This document shows positions 50,638-62,009 of a stretch of 64,000 bases of DNA, in pieces. A model generated the notes under the pieces. That model worked only from the letters and a program-made list of their open reading frames with translations, was not told the origin of the DNA and ran no database searches. Source of the stretch: Octopus vulgaris (taxonomy: Eukaryota); the NCBI GenBank assembly GCA_951406725.2, contig OX597837.1, positions 25,048,001-25,112,000 of the forward strand, read 5' to 3'. The translations under genes were made by a program, and so were the position numbers. The first letter of the stretch is position 1. Every line of letters begins with the position of its first letter.

Positions 50638-53600
50638 CATGCAGGATTAGCTGGGTGGGGGTGCTTGTCTCCCCTTTGTAAACATAAGGACACAGGAAAT
50701 GTGTCAAGGCCGACAGGAAGCATTGATGCTTCCTAGGGCTAAATAGCAGTGGTGTGATTCCCTTCATGGGACTGTCACATTAAGTTGACAGTATACAACT
50801 GCTCTATAATTATGATGACTTTGGAGGAATTACCTCCAAAATGCTGTCGTGAAAGTTCTCGGAAAAGATGTACATTGTCAAGAGACAAAGAGCAGCTGTC
50901 GGAAATGTTTGAGATCCATCTGTTTGGATCATTCATTCATGGTTTATGTTTACTGCTGAAGGTGATGAGGATGGGAATACGAGCAGTGACAAGGAGTAGA
51001 TAGTAAACACCAATGGTTTACCAAATAAAATGTCTGCTCTTTTCATTTGCCTGCCTTAGAAGTTTTCTATTGTCCAATACATGAAATCTTTCTGTAAGAT
51101 TAATGTGTGTTTTGAGAAACAAATTGTACAGAAACTCTTGATAAATAATTGTAAAACTAACGAGAAATAAACTAGGCGCAGGAGTGGCTGTGTGGTAAGT
51201 AGCATGGCACCTTGGGCAAGTGTCTTCTACTTTAGCCTCGGGCCGACCAAAGCCTTGTGAGTGGATTTGGTAGACGGAAACTGAAAGAAGCCCGTCGTAT
51301 ATATGTGTATATGTATATGTCTATGTGTTTGTCCCCATAGCATTGCTTGACAACCGATGCTGGTGTGTTTATGTCCCCGTAACTTAGCAGTTTGGCAAAA
51401 AGAGACCGATAGAATAAGTACTGGGCTTACAAAGAATAAGTCCCGGGGTCAAGTTGCTCAATTAAAGGCGGTGCTCCAGCATGGCCGCAGTCAAATGACT
51501 GAAACAAGTAAAAGAGTAAATACCTAGGGTAAATCACACACAACTGCATTAATGGTGTTTTAACATCCCACCTCACCAACAGAGGGTTAAACAACTTCAA
51601 TTTGGTATGTATAAAAATACATGTACATATGAGCGGAAGTAATCAACGGTTAACAAAATAATGAATAAATATATCATTTCTATTTCGCTTTTGTATTTGG
51701 TTTGCAAGATTCTTAATGTGAATTTGTGTGTTGAAACAAATTTCATTGTGTCTAAGGAGAATCATAACACCAATAATAACACATGTACTGGTTTAATTCC
51801 ACTCCTTTATTATGAGTCAATTGGTTAAACAGTCATCATCATCATCATTTAGCGTCCGCTTTCCATGCTAGCATGGGTTGGACGGTTCAACTGGGGTCTG
51901 GGAAGCCAGAAGGTTGCACCAAGCCCAGTCTGATCTGGCAATGTTTCTACAGCTGGATGCCCTTCCTAACGCCAACCACTCCGTGAGTATAGTGGGTGCT
52001 TTTTACGTGCCAGACGAGGGTGGCAAACGGCCACGGTCGGATGGTGCTTTTTACATGCCACCGGTGCCGGGGGCCAGATGAGGCTGGCAAATGGCCACGG
52101 TCGGATGGTGCTTTTTACATGCCACCGGCACGGGGGCCAGGCGAGGCTGGCAAACGGCCACGTCGGATGATGCTTTTTATGTGCCACCGGTACAGGTGCC
52201 AGGCAAGGCTGACAAACGGCCATGGTCGGTTGGTGCTTTTTATGTGCCGCCGGCACGGGGGCCAGGCGAGGCTGGCAACGGCCACGATCGGATGGTGCTT
52301 TTTACGTGCCACCGGCACGGAGGCCAGTTGGGGCGGCGCTGGCAACGGCCACGATCGGATGGTTCTCTTACGTGCCACCGGCACTGGTATCACAGCTGCA
52401 ATTTCCATTGATGTTGATCGACTTCGATTTTGGTTCTGAATTACCAAAGCTCATTCATTGCTGTCTGCAATCTTTTCAGTGACCATCCCTCCCAGTTCAC
52501 TATGGAGGCTGTATTTGCTTGTCTGGACCTTGTAGTGTGTGTGTGGTTAAGGAGAGGAGATAAGGGTGATGATAACTGATAGGTTTGAGTGCGCCTGCAT
52601 TTGTACTGTTTCTGTGTGTATATTGTAGTGGGATCACCTGTGTGTTAGTCCATGTGTGCACACAGGCCTTGCTGACTTATTTCAGGGTTCAGCTTTTGAC
52701 TTCATTGTTTTGTTTTTGTCACTGAAAAGGTTGCAAACAAAAGAACTTAGGTGAAAAGGAGAAAAAAAAAAAAGGATCATTTAACCCAATAAGTTAAACG
52801 ATTGATTAGTATTCATTAGATATTCAACCAATTTAATAATAAGAGTGAAATTGAACCAGTATTGGCATAGTGACTCTTGCTTGGCACAACAAAATTTATC
52901 ATTTGTATTTCATAAAGATGCTGGTGGCACGTAAAAAGCACCATCTGATTGTGCCGTTTGTCAGCCTTGCCTGGCACCTGTACCGGTGGCACGTAAAAAG
53001 CACTATCCGATCATGGCCGTTTGCCAGCCTCGCCTGGCCTCCATGCCGGTGGCACATAAAAAGCACCATCTGACCGTGGCTGTTTGCCAGCCTCACCTGG
53101 CACCTGTGCTGGTGGCACATAAAAAGCACCCACTACACTCATGGAGTAGTTAGTGTTAGAAAGGGCATCAGGCTGCAGAAACATTGCCAGATCAGACTGG
53201 GCCTGGTGCAGCCTTCTGGCTTCCCAGCATGGAAAACGGATGCTAAACGATGATGATGTTGGAGATTATTTATTGAAAATAATTCAGTTTTCAGACTAAA
53301 ATTACACAGTGAGCTCAAATACAAAGAACTCACAGATGTAAAATAATGACCAGTCAAGAACTTTTGAACTAAAGATATTCTATGAACCTGTCATGTGTTA
53401 CCTGTGACTCAGAGTGTATGACAATAAAGAGAACACTAATATTTACAGGGGAGGAGAAATTTGATGTAATATGTTTTGTAAGGGCCATCAGTCACAAAAA
53501 GTACAGGCTTCACAAGTACTGGGGTCGATTCATTCAACTAAAATTTCTTCAAGGTGATGCCCCAGCATGGCCACAGTCTAATGACTGAAACAAAAGCAAA

Positions 53601-54413
53601 ATATAAAATCCTTTAACATTCACACTTTGCTTATTGACAGCAACAGGATCAGGCCTAATCACTCAGGAACTTAGTTCTAAATTTATGATTTAAAAAAAAT
53701 TTTTATAATGAACAACATTAACAAATATATTTTAAAATGGTTATTAACCTTCCGTTGGTGCAGTGGGTTTGGCTTACCTCAAGTGAATCTTTCTTAAATA
53801 TCTTACATTGAGCAGCAGTGAAACAAGTACCATAAATCCTTGAGTATAATCCGCAATTTTTCCCCAAAACCAAGAAATATCCATGGCCACAGATTTGCAT
53901 GAGTAAACAACAATTGAAATGGTGTTAAACAACAAGTATTTTCTTGGTAACTATTTAAACAATTGCAGAAAGAAGAAAAGTGATGTCAACTTTATCAGGA
54001 TTCCAACTCAGATCAACTGGACATGTAATTAAATATTGTATAGGTATCCAGTTCTAGTAAATTGCTGCCTCGACCGTTTTCAACCTCCACAACAGACTGA
54101 TGGAACATTTTGGATATAAACTATCACAGATTGCAAAGAAAAAGTTCCGAAAGGGCTATAATTAGTATTTGAATATGTTCCTCCACTTGTTGCCCCTGTG
54201 ACTATAAAAGATTATTATGAGGAGCTGATACTCAGAGTATATGTGCAAATCCATTTCTTTTGTTTTACAGTATACAACTGTCCTATTGTCTATTAAATAT
54301 CAGAAGAATAACACATACACACACACATACACACAAACACACACATACACATGCACGCACACACACACAAACACACATATGCACACATACACATGCACAC
54401 ACAAACACAGCCA

Positions 54414-54605
54414 TCATTGGAAAGTCCCTAGTTGTTTACAGATTGTTTCTAGTTCTGTAGTTACCCAGGTGGGTGGAGAGGCACCTCGCCGTTGTTGTAG
54501 CAACTGTAGTTTGTTCACGTTGCCGTGTAGTAAGTCTATGATGTTCCGATACTCTTCATCCCATATGTCTGGACTCGTCTTTGTCTTCAGTTTTTTCTTG
54601 AGAGG
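54414..54605 (-). CDS. FIRRM: FIRRM last coding exon (PLKKKLK...GTFQ stop)
   Basis: poly-T gcag acceptor, TGA stop. Confidence 0.85.
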   Translation of the reverse strand, partial: PLKKKLKTKTSPDIWDEEYRNIIDLLHGNVNKLQLLQQRRGASPPTWVTTELETICKQLGTFQ

Positions 54606-57600
54606 CTGCAAAAAAAAAAGAAAAAAAAAAAGAATATTGTGCCTGAAGTGTAAGAATGAGTGTGTGGTGGGGAGCTGGCAGAACCGTTAGCACGCTGGGC
54701 GAAATGCATAGCCGTATTTCGTCTGCTGTTACGTTCTGAGTTCAAATTCCGCTGAGGTCGACTTTGCCTTTCATCCTTTCTGGGTCGATAAATTAAGTAC
54801 CAGTTACGCACTAGAGTCGATGTAATCGATTTAATCCGTTTGTCCCCTCTGTGTTTAGCCCCTTGTGGGTAGTAAAGAAATAGGCATTTCGTCTGCCGTT
54901 ACGTTCTGAGTTCAAATTCCGCTGAGGTCGACTTTGCCTTTCATCCTTTCGGGGCCGATAAATTAAGTACCAGTTACGCACTGGAGTCGATATAATCAAC
55001 TCAATCCGTTTGTCTGTCTTTGTTTGTCCCCCCTGTCTTTAGCCCCTTGTGGGCAGCAAAGAAATAGGGGAAGTATATGGAGAGATAAGTATGTAGATAT
55101 ATGTGTATGTATCATCATCATCATCATCGTTTAACGTCCGCTTTCCATGCTGGCATGGGTTGGACGATTTGATTGAGGTTTGGCAAACCAGATGACTGCA
55201 CCAGGCTCCAGTCTGATCTGGCAGAGTTTCTACAGCTGGATGCCCTTCCTAACGCCAACCACTCCGAGAGTGTAGTGGGTGCTTTTATGTGCCACTGGCA
55301 TGAGGGCCAGTCAGGTGGTACTGGCAACAGCCATGCTTAAATGGTGATTTTACATGTCACCTGCACAGGAGCCAGTCCAGCGGCACTGGCAACACCCTCA
55401 CTTGAATGTTTCTCACGTACCACTGGCACAAGTGCCAGTAAGGCGATGCTGGTAACGATCATGCTCGAACGGTGCTTTTTATGTGCCACTGACACAGGGG
55501 CCAGTCAACGGCACTGGCAACAATCACGCTCGGATGGTGCTCATAGCGCTCCACTAGCACGGATGTCAGTCATGCGATATGCAGAGATGAGTATGTAGGT
55601 ATATATTTGTAGATAAGCAGGTAGGTATATTACCTTTTACCTTTTATTTGTGTCAGTCATCAGATTGCGGCCGTGCATCATCAGAGTGTGCTGGGTGTGT
55701 TTTATGTAGAAACTGTGCCAGATCAGATTGGAGCCTGGTGCAGCCATCTGGTTTGCCAAACCTGAGTCAAATCGTCCAACCCATGCCAGCAAGGAAAGCG
55801 GACGTTAAACGATGATGATGATGATGATACATACACATATATCTACATACTTATCTCTCCATATACTTCCCCTATTTCTTTGCTACCCACAAGGGGCTAA
55901 ACACAGAGGGGACAAACAAGGATAGACAAACGGATTAAGTCGATTACATCGACTCCATTGCGTAACTGGTACTTAATTTATCGACCCCGAAAGGATGAAA
56001 GGCAAAGTCGACCTCAGCATGGGTGCTTACGCATGGCACTAGCATGGGTGCTTGTAATTAACATCTTTCAGTTAAGATGAAAATGGGAAAAGTAATAAAA
56101 TCAATTAATTGAGTAGAAAAAAATTAAAAGTTTGGGGTCCATGGGAGAATTCATATCAATAGAAAGGGGTGACTGGTAGTGATAAGGATTAGAACCACAG
56201 CCTTTTTTTTTTTTTTCCTTGCTTCAGCTCAGAGCTGCAGCCATGCTGATGCACCACCGTTAATAATATTTTTTGGTTGTTCCTTCTCGAGCCATGCCTG
56301 GCTCATAAGGGCCGGTTCCCCGGTTTCCTTGGCGTATAGGTTCCCCACCTAGACGGGACGCCGGTGCGTCACAGGTGAGCTGCAAGATGCAGGAGGAAAG
56401 AGCGAGAGAAAGTTGTGGTGAAAGAGTCAGCAGAAGTTTCGCCATTACCTTCTGCTGGAGCCGCGTAGAGCTTAGGTGTTTCGCTCATAAACACACATAT
56501 CGCCCAGTCTGAGATTCGAACCCGCGATCCCTCGACCGCGAGTCCGCTGCTCTAACCACTAGGCCATATTGATCAAACCAATGGGTACTCACTGAAGTAA
56601 TGTTTAAACTCATAACCTTGAAGTAAGTATCCCACCATTTCAAAAGTTGTAGCTCTTGTACCTCTGCACTTTCTACATCAAATATAAAGATAATAACTGA
56701 TGTATCTTACCTCCTCAGATTCTGTATCTGACATGTGTTGGGCCTCATCTGTTGTTTCTTGATCCTGAAATAAAACAAGATTCTATTTTCTTAAATATTT
56801 CTAGATAAAATTTTATCAAGACTACAACTGAGTTTAAACACCTAGAGCAGGGGTCGCCAAACATTTTCAACCATCGCCCCCCTTTAGCTACTTCTTCCAG
56901 ATTGACCACCCTCCTCATTTAAAATATCTTAATACCCTACCCTACCGTACCATATTTTAAATACGTACTGGGTACTGATACTGGCAATTAAAATGTTAGC
57001 TAAAATATACATGTATGAAAATTAAGACATTCTATTGAAGATGACACACTTTTTACATTTAAAACTATGTGTACGAGTATATAGTATTAAGCTTTCAATT
57101 TTTATGAAATTGCTTGCATGGTTAGAAAATATTTCTTGATCCTGAAATAAAACAAGATTCTATTTTCTTAAATATTTCTAGAACAAATTTTATGAAAACT
57201 ACAACTGAGTTTAAACGCCTAGAGCAGGGGTCGCCAAACATTTTCAACCATTGACCCCCCTTTAGCCACTTCTTCCAGATTGACCACCCTCCTCGTTTAA
57301 AATATCTTAACCCTTTCGATACCAACCCGCCTGAAAGCGCCCCTTGCTCTGTAATACATATGTCTTGCTTACAAAAACTCTGAATTAAAATCTTCCATCA
57401 AACCTTAGTCACAATTTATGTTCTTATTTCTAGCTTAATGATAACGAAGTTATTTCACTAATTTCTTTGTTATATTTAAAATTAATTGAAACAAACACAG
57501 AGCATCTCAACAGAAATAGGGTAACAAAAGGGTTAATATCCTACCCTACCGTACCATATTTTAAATGCGTACTGGGTACTGATGCTGGCAATTAAAATAT

Positions 57601-59730
57601 TAGCTAAAATATACATGTATGAAAATTAAGACATTCAACAGAAGATGACACACATTTTACATTTAAAACTATGTGTACAAGTATATAGTATTCATCATCA
57701 TCATCATAGTTTAACGTCCGTTTTCCATGCTAGCATGGGTTGGACAGTTCAACTGGGGTCTGGGAAGCCAGAAGGCTGCACCAGGCCCAGTCTGATCTGG
57801 CAGTGTTTCTACGGCTGGATGCCCTTCCTAACGCAAACCACTCCATGAGTGTAGTGGGTGCTTTTTACGTGCCAGACGAGGCTGGCAACCGGCCACGATC
57901 GGATGGTGCTTTTTACGTGCCACCGGCACGGGGGCCAGACGAGGCTGGCAACGGCCACAATCTGATGGTGCATTTTACGTGCCACCGGCACAGAGGCCAG
58001 TCAGGGCGGCGCTGGCAACGGCCACGTTCGGATGGTAATCTTATGTGCCACCAGCACTGGTATCACAGCTACAATTTCCATTGATGTTGATCAACTTCGA
58101 TTTTGGTTCTGATTTTCACTTGCCTCAACAGGTCTTCACAAGTAGGGTTTGTATTAAACTTTCAATTTTTATGAAATTGCTTGCATGGTTAGAAAATGTG
58201 AAAAAGGCATCATATTGATGGAATATCTTTTATTGAAATTGGCAACATCAATGTGAGGGATGAGCATGGCACTGACTAAGTATTCCAAGCAGTTCATTTC
58301 GGTGAGCTGGTCTTTCGCATGCCGACCCCCATTCAACCCCTAAGCTATCATCGACCATCCTGTAATTCCTCACTGAAAGCTGACCAGAAGAGAATTAATG
58401 CATTCGAGCTTTGGTGTTGGAGAAGACTTGCGGATTCCATGGACAGCGAGGTTCACCAATGGAGAAGTTCTTAAGCAGATCAGGCCAAAAATGTCGCTAG
58501 AAGCTAGGATCACCAAACATAGATTGGCATATTTCGGTCATTTTATGCGGAGAAAATCCCTGGAGAAGGACATAATGCTTGGAATGGTCAGTGGCAAGAG
58601 AGGAAGAGGCCGACCAAGAACCTGCTGGCTTGACACCATCAAGAGTGATACCGGAATGGACATGGCCAATCTGAAGGAAGCGGCCCAGGATAGAACTGAC
58701 TGGAGGACACTGATCCAACAAGTGACCGAGAGTCGACTTTGACTGACCGGATAGAGAGAGAAAAGACGATAGAATTCTACCGTCTTAATGTAAAGGCAGC
58801 AAGACAGTAGAATTGTTAGCATTTCGTCCTTCTTTGTGTTCTGGGTTCAATTGCTACTGGGTTTGACTTTGCCCTTCATCTGTTTGAGGTCAATAAAATA
58901 AGCACTGGGGGTTGATCTAATTGACTCAGCCCCAACCCCCAAACTGCTGGCCTTGTAGTACTGTAGTGGACTCTCTATGACCGACTTATCCTTATCTCAA
59001 GATATCATTAATATAATGTAACTACAACTGTATTAACTGAAGATGTACCATACTCACGAAGATTGGACATCACAGAAACTGTACTGAGATGTGCAAAAGT
59101 TAATGTATTGTATATCATTCTTCATGACAATATGTGAAAGAACCTATGATATACCCTCCAGCCTTCATCAGGTGTCTTGGAGAAATTTTGAACCTGGGTT
59201 CTCATTCCTAAGGTATTTTCTGATGTTATTATTATTATTATTACCACCAAGGTCACTGTCTGGAATCGAACTTGGAATCTTGGGGTTTAGTAGCCCATGG
59301 GCATATGGTGTAGTGGCTAAGAGTGAGGGCTACTAACCCCAAGATGTCGAGTTCGATTCCAGGCCGTGAGAAGGGGGAATAGGAGAAGAAGAAGGTGGTG
59401 GTGGTCGCCGTCGTCGTTGGTAGAGGTGTGGTAGTGATGGTAAATTGGAAATATGTCTGACCTTCAATAATTCTTCTGGACTGTTTTCAGGTTGCTGTTT
59501 TTTATTTCGCTCTGGTTTCCAAGCAATCACAAAATCTTCATTGATGATAAGTCTTTGAGACGAGAGGTATTTGGTCTGCTTGAAACCATCACAGCTGTAT
59601 GCCGTCTGCAATGAAATTGTAAACCACAAATTAGTCATGATGTATAATTTACAAGGGTGAAATGGTCAGGGTACAGTGTCACAGATAAAGGTACTATAAC
59701 AGTGTGTGTGTGTGTGTGTGGTATATGTGT

Positions 59731-59762
<32 letters not shown>

Positions 59763-61077
59763 ATCCAAACATGAAAACACAAAGAGAAAACACAACAACG
59801 CGAGGACGTGGAACAAGTATAGTATTATTGGACGCTCATGAAAGAAGGAAAGAAGGAGTGTTTAATGTTTTGAGCAGAGCTCTTCGTCAGAAACATAGGA
59901 AAAGGAAAGATCCAAAGAAGGGAAGACGGAGGAAAAAAAATTGCCAACGGTACACACGCGGTCACATTTTGAATCATATATATAGACAGAGAGAGAGAGC
60001 TATAGGTACTTTGACAATAAGTGAGACCATTCCAAGTTGTAGCTTCCATTTACTGGAAGCTTATAAAAGACATCATGCAAGTATCATGGTTGAATTGATT
60101 CAAACAAAAATTTCTCCTTTTTACAAACCGATGTGTGTGTATGTATATATACACACACATACATATATGCACACCATATATACAGTGTCTAGGCTGATCA
60201 GATCTACTGACAAACCACTAATGAAGTAACCCTAACCCTTTTGATCATAGTGTCTACTTGGTCAAAGCCAAATTGGGGCTAAACAACCGATTTAATATCT
60301 TCTACACAGAAGCCAAATAATTCTTCCTTTGCAATAAAAGAAGAAAGAAGTTTACTTACATGATTTAGAAAAGTTATTGCAGTGTCCTGAAGTATTTTTT
60401 CTTTTGAAGAATTTGACATTATAAGACATTGTGGAACCAGTGACTCACAGTTGGTCTCCTGGGCAAATGAAGCAAATGCCTCGATGGCCTGGTGATGGAG
60501 AAGACTGTTAGAATCAAAGAGCAAATGTTGGAATATTTTTGGAAAAGTGGACCCCATTTTCACAGAAACCTAAAAATAAAGAATTTATTTTAAAAAAACA
60601 TTTTACAGATTTTATTTTAATTATACTGAAAATTTGTAATAATGCAAAGTTTAGGTGTCTGACAATTATATCATCATCGTTAATTTAATGCAGACATTTC
60701 CATGCTTGCATGGGAGAGGCAGAATTTGTTGAGACAAATTTTCTACAGCCAGATGCTCTTGCTGTCACCAACCCTTACCTTTTTACAAGCAAGGTAATAT
60801 TTCTCCAGGTCAGATGTGTTTTCACAGAAGACTGGACACAAACAGCAGCACCTCTTGTAGGATGGTGACATTTTCTTTCTTTTTTTTTTTACTTGTTTTC
60901 AGTCACTTGACTGCGGCCATGCTGGAGCACCGCCTTTCGTCGAGCAAATCGACCCCAGGACTTATTCTTTGTAAGCCTAGTACTTATTCTAACGGCCTCT
61001 TTTGCCGAACCGCTAAGTTATGGGGACGCAAACACGCCAGCATCAGTTGTCAAGTGATGTTGGGGGGACAAACACAC

Positions 61078-61108
<31 letters not shown>

Positions 61109-61974
61109 CATATATACGACGGGCTTCTTTCAGTTTCCGTCTACCAAATCCACTCACAAGGCTTTGGTCGGCCCGAGGCTATAGTGGAAGACACTTGCCC
61201 AAGGTGCCACGCAGTGGGACTGAACCCGGAACCATGTGGTTGGTAAGCAAGCTACTTACCACACAGCCACTCTTTGTTTACAATTATTATGCAATCACAA
61301 GGCCAACAGACATATATGACATGGAATTCTCTGTTTGCATTTCCTAAATTCACTCACAAGGCTTTGGTTAAGCTCAGGAGTATAGCAGAAGACACTTGCC
61401 CAAGATGCTGCACTGTGGGAGTGAACTTGCAACCATCTGGTTGGGAGGTAAGTTTCTTAAGCACACAGCCAAACCTTACACACACATTGGGCAAGGATTA
61501 AGTTCCTAGCAGACCTAAGAGTGTGGTCTAAGATCAATTCCTGATTGACACTTTTTTCACTGCATTCATTGCTTAATGTCCTCAGAAGTCATTACTGTGA
61601 TATCCAATGGATAGATATTTCAAAAATCAATGGAAATTGTAGTTGTGATACCAGTGCCAGTGGCACGTAAAAGAACCATCCGAACGTGGCCGTTGCCAGT
61701 GCTGCCCCGACTGGCCTCCGTGCCGGTGGCACCTAAAAAGCACCATCCGATCGTGGCTGTTGCCAGCCTTGCCTGACACATAAAAAGCACCCACTACACT
61801 CATGGAGTGGTTGGCGTTAGGAAGGGCATCCAGCTGTAGAAACACTGTCAGTTGAACCGTCCAATCCATGCTAGCATGGAAAGCGGACGTTAAACAACGA
61901 TGATGATGATGAAAATGTATTAATCAATTTTAATATACTTTACAAGAAATATTCTCACCCTCACCCCTCACACA

Positions 61975-62009
<35 letters not shown>

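Noticed and set aside
51990-52400. CRISPR-like repeat-spacer appearance
   Set aside because: Eukaryotic context; the spacers are homologous to each other and there are no cas genes. It is a VNTR in a retroelement UTR.
51878-52482. Recurrent ORFs such as MDGSTGVWEARRLHQAQSD and GAFYVPPA
   Set aside because: Chance frames in the GC-rich family-C repeat, recurring at every copy; not a gene family.
59657-60229. 190-aa plus-strand ORF
   Set aside because: Spans microsatellites and a repeat remnant antisense to FIRRM; no recognisable domain.
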